A stretch of 64,000 nucleotides of DNA, from the NCBI GenBank assembly GCA_965205095.1, contig OZ242040.1:2855362-2919361 (forward strand). Direction: 5' to 3'. Shown here piece after piece: positions 47,075 to 56,739 of this stretch. The stretch's first letter is position 1. Each line of letters starts with the position of its first letter. Under the pieces are notes generated by a model that saw nothing but the letters and a program-made list of their open reading frames with translations, was not told the origin of the DNA and did not search any database. The stretch is from Candidatus Multivorans sp. (lineage in GTDB: Bacteria; Acidobacteriota; Thermoanaerobaculia; Multivoradales; Multivoraceae). Made by a program: the position numbers and the translations under genes.

Positions 47075-47959
47075 ATGGCAGACGTTGCGTTCGTCGGACT
47101 TGGAGTCATGGGATACTCGATGGCCGGCCACCTGGCGGCCGCCGGCCACCGGGTGACGGTGTACAACCGCACGGCGGCCAAGGCGGAGCAGTGGGTCGGA
47201 GAGCACGGCGGCAGGAGCGCCCCGACTCCGGCCGAGGCGGCGGCGGGCGCCGAGTTCGTCTTCTGCTGCGTCGGCAATGACGACGACGTGCGGGCGGTGA
47301 CCCTGGCGCAGGGCGGCGCGCTGGAGGGCATGGCCGCGGCCAGCGTGCTCGTCGACCACACGACGGCGTCGGCGCGGCTCGCCCGCGAACTCGCGGGGGC
47401 GTGCGCGGAGAAGGACCTCGGCTTCGTCGACGCGCCAATCTCGGGTGGCCAGGCCGGCGCCGAGAACGGGGCGCTGACCGTCATGTGCGGCGGCGAAGCG
47501 GACGTCTTCAAGCGGGTGAACGCGGTCATCGACTGCTACAGCCGGGCGGTCACCCTGCTCGGCCCGGCCGGCAGCGGCCAGTTGACGAAGGCCGTCAACC
47601 AGCTCTGCATCGCCGGCATCGTCCAGGGCCTCTCCGAGGGCATCCACTTCGCCGAGAAAGCCGGCCTCGATCCGCTGGCGGTCATCGGCGCGATCTCGAC
47701 CGGCGCCGCCGGCTCCTGGCAGATGGACAACCGCGCCGAGACGATGGTCCAGGGCAAGTTCGACTACGGCTTCGCGGTCCAGTGGATGCGCAAGGACCTC
47801 GGGATCGCGCTGGAGGAGGCTCGGCGGAACGGCGCCCACCTGCCAATGGCTGCGCTCGTCGACCAGTTCTACAGCGAGGTCACCGCGCTCGGCGGCCTGC
47901 GCTGGGACACGTCGAGCCTGGTGGTGCGGCTGCGGTCGATGAGTGAGGGCGGCGGCTAG
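47075..47959 (+). CDS. NAD(P)-dependent oxidoreductase, 3-hydroxyisobutyrate dehydrogenase family
   Basis: ATG at 47075 with an AGGAGG RBS. FVGLGVMGYSMAGHL is the N-terminal Rossmann motif and HIBADH blocks are present. Confidence 0.8.
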   Translation: MADVAFVGLGVMGYSMAGHLAAAGHRVTVYNRTAAKAEQWVGEHGGRSAPTPAEAAAGAEFVFCCVGNDDDVRAVTLAQGGALEGMAAASVLVDHTTASARLARELAGACAEKDLGFVDAPISGGQAGAENGALTVMCGGEADVFKRVNAVIDCYSRAVTLLGPAGSGQLTKAVNQLCIAGIVQGLSEGIHFAEKAGLDPLAVIGAISTGAAGSWQMDNRAETMVQGKFDYGFAVQWMRKDLGIALEEARRNGAHLPMAALVDQFYSEVTALGGLRWDTSSLVVRLRSMSEGGG

Positions 47960-47962
47960 CGT

Positions 47963-48610
47963 TCAGGCGCTCGATCCCCTGGACACGTTCGGGTCGCCTG
48001 CGACGTAGAAGCGCCAGAGCCGGTTCGGCGCTCTCGAGACGCCGATGCGGCCGCTGCGGCCGGGTGCGTCCGGAGGCGGCGTGCCGTCGTCGGCGATGAA
48101 GACAGGTAGGCGCTGTCGGGGGTGGGCGGACGCGCTCACCAGATCGGCCGCGTCGTCGCGGCGGTCGAGGCCGAAGGCCTGGCACAGGCGGGCGGGGCCG
48201 GAGCAGAGGTCGACGGAACGGAACGGCTCGGTGGAACGCCGCCGGCTGGCCGCGTTGCGGGCGCGGCGCATGATGCCGGTGCCGGCCAGCGGCGCCGCGG
48301 CGCGCAGCAGGACGGCGGAGCAGACGCCGTCCTCGCCGCACACGACGTTGGCGCAGTGGTGCATCCCGTAGGTGAAGTAGACGTAGAGGTGGCCGGGCGG
48401 CCCGAACATCGTCCGGGTGCGGTCCGTCATCCCGCGGTGGCCGTGGCTGGATGGGTCGTTCGCGCCCTCGTAGGCCTCGACCTCGACGATGCGGGCGGCG
48501 CGGTTGCCGCGGACGAGGATCTTGTTGAGGAGCCGCGGCGCCACTTCGAGCGCCGTGGGCCTGTAGAACGAGCGGGGTAGCGGCGAGAGGCGGGACGAGC
48601 CGGTGCTCAG
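47963..48610 (-). CDS. DNA-3-methyladenine glycosylase (Mpg/AAG family)
   Basis: C-terminal ~200 aa of ORF 47963..49276: EVEAYEGANDPSSHGHRGMTDRTRTMFGPPGHLYVYFTYGMHHCANVV matches the AAG family. The start is uncertain. The only in-frame candidate upstream of the conserved N-terminal block is a CTG at 48610 overlapping the thioesterase TGA. Confidence 0.55.
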   Translation of the reverse strand: MSTGSSRLSPLPRSFYRPTALEVAPRLLNKILVRGNRAARIVEVEAYEGANDPSSHGHRGMTDRTRTMFGPPGHLYVYFTYGMHHCANVVCGEDGVCSAVLLRAAAPLAGTGIMRRARNAASRRRSTEPFRSVDLCSGPARLCQAFGLDRRDDAADLVSASAHPRQRLPVFIADDGTPPPDAPGRSGRIGVSRAPNRLWRFYVAGDPNVSRGSSA

Positions 48611-49023
48611 ACGGCCACCTCGTCCAGGTCCGTCTCCGGCCCCATGTAGGAGCGAATCTCGGCAGGCGTCTCCATCTTCGTGTACTCCGGGTCGTGCACG
48701 CTGACGTAGAGCACTTCCGCGGTGAACACGAGCCGCCCCTCGTGGGTACCGCGATAGCCGAGGGTCCAGGAGGTCCGGCCCCAGTGCCTGATGGCGAGGT
48801 CGACGTCCAGCAGGTCGCCGTCGGTGACCGAACCGAGGAAATCGATCGTGGTGCGCCGCAGCATCATCTCCCAGCCGAGTTTCTGGCGGACCTCCCGGAT
48901 GCCGAGCAGCCAGTTCTCGAGCGCGTCGTCCATGTACGCCATGTAGTGGGCGTTGAAGACGACGCCCTGCTTGTCGACCTCGCCGTAGCGGACGCGGATC
49001 GTGTGCCGGTAGGGCGTTGCCAT
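48607..49023 (-). CDS. acyl-CoA thioesterase (hotdog fold, YbgC/4HBT-like)
   Basis: ATG at 49021-49023 (MATPYRHTIRVRYGEVDKQGVVFNAHY...). Confidence 0.65.
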   Translation of the reverse strand: MATPYRHTIRVRYGEVDKQGVVFNAHYMAYMDDALENWLLGIREVRQKLGWEMMLRRTTIDFLGSVTDGDLLDVDLAIRHWGRTSWTLGYRGTHEGRLVFTAEVLYVSVHDPEYTKMETPAEIRSYMGPETDLDEVAV

Positions 49024-49034
49024 GGGAACGGCGG

Positions 49035-51209
49035 CTACAGGCCCGGCTCGAGGCCGACCGCCCAGGCGGCGAAGGCCCATTGGTCAGCGACGTCCTCGAT
49101 CTGCATCCAGGTCGGCTTGCCCGCGCCGTGGCCGGCCCGGGTTTCGACCCGGATGAGGACCGGGTTGTCGCAGCCCTGCGCCTGCTGCATCTCGGCCGCG
49201 TACTTGAAGCTGTGCCAGGGCACGACCCGGTCGTCGTGGTCGGCGGTCGTGACCAGGGTCGGCGGGTAGCAGGCACCGTCCTTCACGTTGTGCAGCGGCG
49301 AGTAGGCGTACTGGGCCCGGAACTCGTCCTCGTTCTCGGACAGGCCGTAGTCCGTCGACCAGTTGCGGGCGTTCGCGCTGGGCAGGTGGTAGCGGAGCAT
49401 GTCGAGGACGCCGACCGCCGGCAGGGCCGCCGCGAACAGGTCGGGCCTCTGGTTCAGCGTCGCGCCGACCAGGAGACCGCCGTTGCTGCCACCCTGGATC
49501 GCGATCCGCCCGGAGCTCGTGTAGCCCTCGGCGATCAGCCATTCGGCGGCGGCGATGAAGTCGTCGAAGACATTCTGCTTGTGCTCTTTCGTGCCGGCGA
49601 GGTGCCAGTCCCGGCCGTACTCGCCGCCTCCACGCAGGTTCGGGATCGCCAGCATGCCGCCCATCTCGAGCCAGGCAAGGCGGGACGACGAGAATCCGGG
49701 CGTCAGCGAGATGTTGAAGCCGCCGTAGCCGTAGAGGAGCGTGGGGTTGTCGCCGTCCTTCTCGATCCCCTTGCGGTGGGTGATGAACATCGGGATGCGG
49801 GTGCCGTCGCGGCTTTCGTAGAAGACCTGCTCCGTCTCGTAGCCGTCGAGGTCCGCGTCGATCGCGGGGCTGCGGACCAGCGAACTCTCGCCGCTGCCCA
49901 CGTCGTAGCGGTGGATCTGCGACGGCGTGCCGAAGCTGGAGTAGGAGTAGAAGGTCTCCGTGTCCTCCCAGCGGCCGCCGAAACCGCCGGCGCTGCCGAT
50001 GCCCGGCAGCTCGACTTCGCCGGCCGGCGTCGCGGGTTTGGCGCCGTTCGGTTCGGCCAGACGGACGACGCTGCGGGCGTCGTGCAGGTAGTTGAGCACA
50101 AGCTTGCCGCCGACGGCGGAGGCGTAGGAGAGCGTGTCCTCGACTTCAGGGACCACCTCGTGCAGGGTCGGGTTCCCGGCCGGCGAACCGTCGTTCAGGT
50201 CAACCGCGACGATCCGGTTGCGCGGCGCGTCCTTGTTCGTTTCGAACAGGAACACGGGACCGAGGTTCACGATGTAGCCGTAGAGCGCGTCCCACTGGTC
50301 GAGCAGGGGGCGGATCGCCGAGTCCGGCTCGTCGATCTTCCGGTAGTGGACCGCGTTCTCGAGGTAGCCCTCCTGGAGGTTGACCAGCAGGTACTCGCCG
50401 TCTTCCGAGACGGACGCGTAGGGGTTGCGGCGGGGATGCTCGGGCTGGCTGAACACGAGCCGGTCCTCGCTCTGGTCCGTGCCCAGGGCATGGAAGTAGA
50501 CGGACACCGCCTTCGAGCCGTCGCCCCGGGTGGGGTCGTCTTCCCGTGGGGGATAGCGGCTGTAGAAGAAGCCCGAGTTGTCCGGCATCCAGGAGATCGA
50601 GGTGAACTTCGTGAAGTCGATCAGGTCGCCCGTGTCCTCGCCGCTTTCGACGTCCCGGACCTTCCACTTCCGCCAGTCCGAGCCGGCGTCAGACTGCGCA
50701 TAGGCGACGTAGCGGCCATCCCGACTGGGCGTCATACCGGCCAGCGCCACCGTTCCGTCGTCGCTCCAGCCGTTGGGATCGAGCAGGACGCGCCCGGGCG
50801 GCTCGTCGCCCTCCTGGTCCATCGACTCGGCGACGTAGACCACGCTCTGGTCCTGCAGCCCGTCGTTGTGGCTGTAGAAGTAGCGCTCACCCCGCTTGCC
50901 CGGCGTGCTCCAGCGCTCGTAGTCCCAGATCGCCAGCAGCCGCTTCTCGATCGCTTCGCGGCCCGGGAGCGCGGCCAGAAATGGCTCGGCGACGGCGTTC
51001 TGCGCCGCCACCCAGGCGGCCGTCTCCTCGCCGTCGAGGTCCTCAAGCCAGCGGTACGGGTCCGCGACCTGGACCCCGAAGTAGTCGTCGACCTGGTCGA
51101 CCGTCCGGGTCTCCGGATACTCGACCGGGCCAGGGTCGTAGGTGTCGGTGGAGCAGGCCAAGAGGGGAAGAACAAGAGCCGGCGCGAACCGGCGAAGAGT
51201 GGGTTTCAT
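49035..51209 (-). CDS. prolyl oligopeptidase (S9A) lipoprotein
   Basis: 724 aa. Lipobox LLACS, an N-terminal beta-propeller, then the catalytic domain with GGSNGG (Ser), D and H. Confidence 0.85.
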   Translation of the reverse strand: MKPTLRRFAPALVLPLLACSTDTYDPGPVEYPETRTVDQVDDYFGVQVADPYRWLEDLDGEETAAWVAAQNAVAEPFLAALPGREAIEKRLLAIWDYERWSTPGKRGERYFYSHNDGLQDQSVVYVAESMDQEGDEPPGRVLLDPNGWSDDGTVALAGMTPSRDGRYVAYAQSDAGSDWRKWKVRDVESGEDTGDLIDFTKFTSISWMPDNSGFFYSRYPPREDDPTRGDGSKAVSVYFHALGTDQSEDRLVFSQPEHPRRNPYASVSEDGEYLLVNLQEGYLENAVHYRKIDEPDSAIRPLLDQWDALYGYIVNLGPVFLFETNKDAPRNRIVAVDLNDGSPAGNPTLHEVVPEVEDTLSYASAVGGKLVLNYLHDARSVVRLAEPNGAKPATPAGEVELPGIGSAGGFGGRWEDTETFYSYSSFGTPSQIHRYDVGSGESSLVRSPAIDADLDGYETEQVFYESRDGTRIPMFITHRKGIEKDGDNPTLLYGYGGFNISLTPGFSSSRLAWLEMGGMLAIPNLRGGGEYGRDWHLAGTKEHKQNVFDDFIAAAEWLIAEGYTSSGRIAIQGGSNGGLLVGATLNQRPDLFAAALPAVGVLDMLRYHLPSANARNWSTDYGLSENEDEFRAQYAYSPLHNVKDGACYPPTLVTTADHDDRVVPWHSFKYAAEMQQAQGCDNPVLIRVETRAGHGAGKPTWMQIEDVADQWAFAAWAVGLEPGL

Positions 51210-51265
51210 GATGGGGCCGGATTATAGGGCTCCGGTGTCCGTACCGACGCGGAGGCCGCTCGGCG

Positions 51266-51946
51266 TCAGAAACCCGGCACCTCCCGGCACCACTCGCTGA
51301 CCGCCTCGGCGACCTCGAGGTCGACATCCTCCTGCGGGCGGCCTGACCGTTTCAGCACGTGCAGGCTGTGGTCGCCGCCGTCGATGCAGTGCAAGGTGGC
51401 GCGCGGCTCGAGCCGCTCGCAGACGCCGGCGAGCAGTTCCGGGTCGGCGAGGCGGTCGCGGGTGCCGTTCAGGAAGAGCATCGGCTTCTCGACCCGGTTC
51501 AGGTGGTCGGCACGCGACGTTGCGGGCTTTCCCGGCGGGTGCAGTGGGAAGGCGTGGAAGACGAATCCGGCGACGTCGAGCGCTTCGGCAGCATCGGCGT
51601 TCGAGGCCATGCGGCCTCCCATCGAGCGTCCGCCGGCAAGGAGCGGCAGCTCGGGCCGCATGGTCCTGGCATGCGCCACCGCCGCCCGGACGGATCGCTG
51701 CAGGACGAGCGGCGGGTCCGGACGCCGCCGGCCTGCTTCCGTGTAGGGAAACTGGAATCGGAGCGTGGCGATGCGAAACCCGGCGACGCCGCGGGCGAAG
51801 GTTTCGATCGTCGCGTGACGCATACCCGCGCCGGCGCCGTGGGCGAAGACGAGGAGGCAGCGCGCGCCGTCGGGTTCGAGCAGGATCGCGCTGACCCGGC
51901 GGTCGGCGGAAACGACGAAGCCGGTCCCGGTCGTTTCGACCCTCAC
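51266..51946 (-). CDS. alpha/beta hydrolase (dienelactone-hydrolase-like)
   Basis: In-frame GTG at 51946-51944 overlaps the lhgO TGA (GTGA). It has an HGAGAGM oxyanion region and a GRSMGG nucleophile elbow. Confidence 0.5.
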   Translation of the reverse strand: MRVETTGTGFVVSADRRVSAILLEPDGARCLLVFAHGAGAGMRHATIETFARGVAGFRIATLRFQFPYTEAGRRRPDPPLVLQRSVRAAVAHARTMRPELPLLAGGRSMGGRMASNADAAEALDVAGFVFHAFPLHPPGKPATSRADHLNRVEKPMLFLNGTRDRLADPELLAGVCERLEPRATLHCIDGGDHSLHVLKRSGRPQEDVDLEVAEAVSEWCREVPGF

Positions 51947-53151
51947 AGCCCGAACGTCTCCGCCGCCCGGTCGGCCAGGGTGTCGCCGATCGCTAAGGAG
52001 GCGGTGGCGCCCGGCGACGGTGCGTTCAGCACGTGGAGCATCCGCGGACTCGTCTCGATCGCGAAGTCGTCCACCAGGTTGCCCTTGCGGTCGAGGGCCT
52101 GGGCGCGGATGCCGGAGCCGCCCGGCATCAGGTCGGCGTCGCTCAGATCGGGAACGAAGCGCCGCAGGTCGCGGGCGAAGCGGGCGCGGCTGCCGGACCG
52201 CGCCATCTCGCTGATGCCGACCTTCCAGAAGCGGAGGGCCATCTTCCAGAAGCCCGGATAGCTCAGGCTGCTCCACGTGTCGCGGGCGTCGAAGCTGCCG
52301 CGGTCGTAGCCCTCGCGCTTGAGCGCCAGGACGGCGTTCGGACCGGCTTCGACCGAGCCGTCGACGCGCCGGGTCAGGTGGACTCCGAGGAAGGGGAAAC
52401 GGGGATCGGGGACCGGGTAGATCAGTCCCCGCAGCAGGTTGCGGCGCTCCGGGGCGATGTCGAAGTACTCGCCGCGGAAGGGGACGATCCGCACGTCCGG
52501 ATCGAGGCCCGCCATCCGCGCCACGCGGTCCGACTGGAGGCCGGCGCAGTTGATCGCGTGGCCGGCTTCGAAGTCGCCCGCCGTGGTCTCGACGACGACG
52601 CCGTCGGACCGCGGGACGATGCCGGTCACGCGGGTACGCAGGTGCAGCGGCACGCCGCTTTCCTCGAGTTCGTCGGCGTAGGCGCGTGCCACCGCCTGGT
52701 AGTCGACGATCCCGGTCTCGGGAACCCAGAGAGCGTCGACGCCGGTCGCGTGGGGCTCGAACTCCGGGATGCGCTCGGACGGCAGGCGCTCCAGGCCGGC
52801 GAGGCCGTTCGCCCGGCCGCGGCGCTCCAGTTCGTCGAGACGGGGGATCTCCTCCGGGTCGGTCGCGATGACGAGCTTGCCGCAGATCTCGTAGGGAATC
52901 CCGTGCCGGTCGCAGTACTCGATCAGCCGTTTCCGGCCGCCGACGCAGTTGCGCGCCTTGAGCGAGCCGGGCTTGTAGTAGAGGCCGGAGTGGATGACGC
53001 CGCTGTTGTGGCCGGTCTGGTGGACGGCGGGCCGGGGTTCCGCCTCGACCACCCGGATGTCGAGGTCGCTGAAGCGGTGCGAGAGGCTGCGCGCCGTCGC
53101 GAGGCCGATGATGCCGGCCCCGATGCAGACGACGTCGGCGCGCTCTGGCAA
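51943..53151 (-). CDS. lhgO: L-2-hydroxyglutarate oxidase/dehydrogenase (FAD)
   Basis: VVCIGAGIIGLA FAD motif, DAO-family fold, and LhgO-like length. Confidence 0.8.
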   Translation of the reverse strand: MPERADVVCIGAGIIGLATARSLSHRFSDLDIRVVEAEPRPAVHQTGHNSGVIHSGLYYKPGSLKARNCVGGRKRLIEYCDRHGIPYEICGKLVIATDPEEIPRLDELERRGRANGLAGLERLPSERIPEFEPHATGVDALWVPETGIVDYQAVARAYADELEESGVPLHLRTRVTGIVPRSDGVVVETTAGDFEAGHAINCAGLQSDRVARMAGLDPDVRIVPFRGEYFDIAPERRNLLRGLIYPVPDPRFPFLGVHLTRRVDGSVEAGPNAVLALKREGYDRGSFDARDTWSSLSYPGFWKMALRFWKVGISEMARSGSRARFARDLRRFVPDLSDADLMPGGSGIRAQALDRKGNLVDDFAIETSPRMLHVLNAPSPGATASLAIGDTLADRAAETFGL

Positions 53152-53159
53152 GGGCGGGC

Positions 53160-54371
53160 TCAGGCGCCGTCCGCGGCGGCGACAGCGGTTTCGTCGCCAT
53201 CCTCGCGCGGACGCTCTTCGGACGTCGGCGGCAACGCGCTCGGGTAGGTGCCGAGGATGCGGAGTTCCTTCGTCTTCTCTTCGATCGCCTCAAGTGCCTC
53301 GGTGACCGGCGCCGAGGCGGCGTGGCCGTCGATGTCCAGGTAGAACTGATAGCGCCAGGGCGTGGCGGGGATCGGCCTGGATTCGATCTTGGTCAGGTTG
53401 ACGCCCCGCCGCGAAAAGCTGCGCAGCACTTCGCCGAGGTCGCCCGGCTGGTGACCGGTCACCAGGAGCAGGGAGGTCTTGCAGGGCTGGTCGGGCGGGC
53501 ACGGCGCCGCCTCGCTGGCGACCTCGACGAAGCGGGTGAAGTTCCCGGCCTGGTTCTGGATGCCGTGGGCGAGAATCTCCAGGCCGAAGACCCGTGCCGC
53601 CGGCTCGCTGGCGATGGCGCCGACCGTCCGGTCGTTCCCTTCCCGGACGCGAGCGGCTGCGCCGGCGGTGTCGAACTCGGGCTGCGGCCGCAGCCAGTCG
53701 TGGTTGTGGAAGAACTGGTCGCACTGGCGGAGCGCCTGGGGGTGCGAGAGCACGAGCCGGAGATCGTCGATCTTCGTGCCGGGCAGCGCGAGCAGGCAAT
53801 GCGCCACCTTGCTGATGACTTCCGCGGTGATCACCAGGCCCCCTTCGGCCAGCAGGTCGTAGGTCTCGTTGATGCTGCCCGCGGTGCTGTTCTCGATGGG
53901 CAGCAGGGCGATGTCGTGGCGGCCGTCGCGGACGCCCTCGGCAGCCCCCCGAAACAGTTCGTAGCCCTGGAGCACGACGCCTCCGGGCCGTCCGGCGTAC
54001 TGCCGCTGGGCCGTCAGGTGGCTGAACGAGCCCTCGACGCCCTGGTAGGCGACTCGCAGCGGTGCCCGGTCGAGATCGCGGATGTAACCCTGCTGCGCCG
54101 CGATCGACATCTCGATCAGCAGCCGGAAGATGCGCTCGGTCTGGTGGGGGTCGAGGTCGAGTTCGGCGGCGATGGTCCGTACGCGGGTCAGCAGTTGCTC
54201 CTCGCGCAACTGGTCGCGGAACGGAAAGGCCGAGGCGATCTTGGCGCCCGCGACCTCCCGCGACAGTTCGACGCGGCGCCGGAACCCCTTCAGCAGTTCC
54301 TGGTCGACGTCCTCCAACTCCTGGCGCACCGCCTCGAGATCGGGCAAGACGTCATGCTCGGCAGCGGCCAT
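53160..54371 (-). CDS. pheA: bifunctional chorismate mutase / prephenate dehydratase (P-protein)
   Basis: CM_2 domain, PDT (ESRP motif TKIESRP) and a C-terminal ACT domain. Confidence 0.85.
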   Translation of the reverse strand: MAAAEHDVLPDLEAVRQELEDVDQELLKGFRRRVELSREVAGAKIASAFPFRDQLREEQLLTRVRTIAAELDLDPHQTERIFRLLIEMSIAAQQGYIRDLDRAPLRVAYQGVEGSFSHLTAQRQYAGRPGGVVLQGYELFRGAAEGVRDGRHDIALLPIENSTAGSINETYDLLAEGGLVITAEVISKVAHCLLALPGTKIDDLRLVLSHPQALRQCDQFFHNHDWLRPQPEFDTAGAAARVREGNDRTVGAIASEPAARVFGLEILAHGIQNQAGNFTRFVEVASEAAPCPPDQPCKTSLLLVTGHQPGDLGEVLRSFSRRGVNLTKIESRPIPATPWRYQFYLDIDGHAASAPVTEALEAIEEKTKELRILGTYPSALPPTSEERPREDGDETAVAAADGA

Positions 54372-54417
54372 GAGGAATCTCCGCGGCCTGGGATGGCCGC
54401 GGGGCGCAGTATACGGC

Positions 54418-55464
54418 TCAGCCGCGGTGCGGCCGGATGGCGACCTTCAGGGCGCGCCGGCCGATCATCAGGTCGAGCGCTTCCGTCAGCCGGTCGAGGG
54501 GCAGCTCGCGTTCCACCAGCGCGCCGTAGCGCTCCGGTGCCCCGATCAGACGGTCGAGCGCCGCCCGAAACGACGAGGGCCGGTGGTGGTAGACGCCCAG
54601 GAGCGTCTGTTCCTGGTAGTGGATCCGCTCCGCGTCGATCACCAGGTCGGTCCCCGGGCGGCAGCCGCCGAACAGGGCGGCGACCCCGCCGGGAGCGAGC
54701 GACTTCACGGCGTGATCCCAGCCGGCGGGCGTGCCGGTCGCATCGATCGCGAAGTCGAACGGGTCTTCGGCCGCTGGGTCGGCGCCGTCGCCGGCACGGC
54801 CGAGATGCGTCTCGGCAGCACCGAAGGAGCGCGCCATTTCGAGGCGCCGACGGTGCGGGTCGAGGGCGCGGACATGAGTACGCATGCTGTGGAACAGGTC
54901 GATCAGCATGAGGCCCAGCGGACCGCCGCCGATGACCAGGGTCCGCGCCTCGGTGGGCGGACCGCTCCAGGCGCCGAGGCAGCGTTCGAGGCAGTGGACG
55001 GCGCAAGCCAGAGGCTCCGCCATGGCGGCGACCACCGGTTCGAGGCCGGCTGGCCGCGGGTGCACGCTGCGCTTCGCGACGGCTTCGGGGATCAGCAGGT
55101 AGTCGGCGAAGGCGCCGTTCAGGTAGATGAGGTTGCGGCAGAGGTTCTCGCGTTTGTGCCGGCACGGCTGGCACTTGCCGCAGGAAGCGCTGTTGGCGAC
55201 GACGACGGCCTCGCCCTCGTTGTGAACGGCTCGGGCGCCGGCGCGGACAACGGTGCCGGTGACCTCGTGGCCGAAAGGCGACGGCAGGGCCAGCATGGTC
55301 GGATGGCCGCCGCGGCGGTAGACCTTTACGTCCGTGCCGCAGGTGGTCGCGGCGTCGACCCGGATCAGCAGTTCGCCGGGGCCTGGCTCGGGCATCGGCA
55401 GCCGCCTCAGCTCGACGCTCCCGGGGCCGGTGAGAAAGGCCTGGGTCTGGTGTTCCGGGATCAT
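54418..55464 (-). CDS. zinc-dependent alcohol dehydrogenase (MDR family)
   Basis: GHE zinc ligands (GHEVTG), a structural zinc motif CGKCQPC, and the Rossmann GGGPLG. Confidence 0.8.
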   Translation of the reverse strand: MIPEHQTQAFLTGPGSVELRRLPMPEPGPGELLIRVDAATTCGTDVKVYRRGGHPTMLALPSPFGHEVTGTVVRAGARAVHNEGEAVVVANSASCGKCQPCRHKRENLCRNLIYLNGAFADYLLIPEAVAKRSVHPRPAGLEPVVAAMAEPLACAVHCLERCLGAWSGPPTEARTLVIGGGPLGLMLIDLFHSMRTHVRALDPHRRRLEMARSFGAAETHLGRAGDGADPAAEDPFDFAIDATGTPAGWDHAVKSLAPGGVAALFGGCRPGTDLVIDAERIHYQEQTLLGVYHHRPSSFRAALDRLIGAPERYGALVERELPLDRLTEALDLMIGRRALKVAIRPHRG

Positions 55465-55468
55465 GGCT

Positions 55469-56485
55469 TCAGGGGTGCAGCAGGACTTTCAGCGCTGCCC
55501 GGCGCCGACACAGGTCGACGGCTTCGGCGGCGCGGTCGAGGGGCAGGCGGTGGGTGACGAGCGGCGACGGATCGAGGGCGCCGCCATGCATCATGTCGAG
55601 CACGCGTTTCTGTTCCGCGGGCGAGCCCGAGTAGGCGCCGATCACGTGGCGTTCGGACCTGAAGACCGCGTTGATGTCGAAGGTGACGCGGGCGTCCCGG
55701 GCGGCGTGGGCGAAGAGCACGACGCGGCCGCCTGGTCTCGTGGCCTGGAGAGCCAGGTCGAAGGCGTCCTGACCGCCGGCCGTGTCGAAGACGGCGTCGG
55801 CGCCGGCACGGGGGTCCGTTGGGTCGAACAGGTCGGTGAGCTCGCCGGGCGTCACAACGGTGTCGGCGCCGAGCTGTCTGGCGGTGGCGCGTCGGCCGGG
55901 GTCCGGCTCGGCGACGAGGATCCGGGCGCCGGGAAACGAGGCGCGCAGCACCAGCAGGTGGAGCAGGCCCATCGAGCCGGCGCCGATGACGACGACCGCG
56001 GGTTTCTCCGGTACCAGGCCGGCGCGATCGATGCCCCGCAGCACGCAGGCGGCCGGTTCGACGAACGCGGCCGCCTCGTCGGCGAGCCTGTCGTCGAGCT
56101 TTCGCACCGTGCGTTCGACCGCCCGGGCCTTGAGCCGCAGGCGCTCGCTGAAGCCGCCGGGGTCGAGCAGGTTCTCCGCGAATCGCGGGCACATCGTCTC
56201 GGCGCCGGAACGGCACAGGCGGCACTCGCCGCATGGAGCGTGGTGCGGCGCGACGAGCCGGTCGCCGGGCACGAGGGAGCCGGCGCGGCTCTCGACCACC
56301 CGGCCGACGACTTCGTGACCGAGGACCTCGCCCGGCGGCCGCCCGGCGTCGGCCAGCTTGTAGAGGTCCGTGCCGCAGAGGCCGCAACAGACGAGTTCGA
56401 TCAGCGCTTCGCCGGCCCTGATCGTGGGCTCCGGCGCCTCAGCCAGCTCCAGGTTGCCGTCGGCCGTGGTGCGAGCGACCTTCAT
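55469..56485 (-). CDS. zinc-dependent alcohol dehydrogenase (MDR family), tandem paralogue
   Basis: CGTD...GHEVVG, CGECRLCRSG and GAGSMGLL motifs. Confidence 0.8.
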   Translation of the reverse strand: MKVARTTADGNLELAEAPEPTIRAGEALIELVCCGLCGTDLYKLADAGRPPGEVLGHEVVGRVVESRAGSLVPGDRLVAPHHAPCGECRLCRSGAETMCPRFAENLLDPGGFSERLRLKARAVERTVRKLDDRLADEAAAFVEPAACVLRGIDRAGLVPEKPAVVVIGAGSMGLLHLLVLRASFPGARILVAEPDPGRRATARQLGADTVVTPGELTDLFDPTDPRAGADAVFDTAGGQDAFDLALQATRPGGRVVLFAHAARDARVTFDINAVFRSERHVIGAYSGSPAEQKRVLDMMHGGALDPSPLVTHRLPLDRAAEAVDLCRRRAALKVLLHP

Positions 56486-56739
56486 TTCCCCTCATTGTCG
56501 CCCATTTCGTCTCGCTCGGGTCCTGCGGTACGGGCGGCCGCTTTGACCAGGAGGCGGAACTGGTGTACGTTCCGCCTGCCGCCGGGTCCAGCTCGCAGTC
56601 CCCTGGTCGCGATGACGACCAAGAGCGCTTGATCGCCGCGCCAGGGTTGACGCAGCGGTGGACAGAGTCCTCCCCCTGCTTGCTCGCCCGCGCACAAACC
56701 GCTTCATCACTATCTCCCGACCAGAGGAGCTTTTCCCTC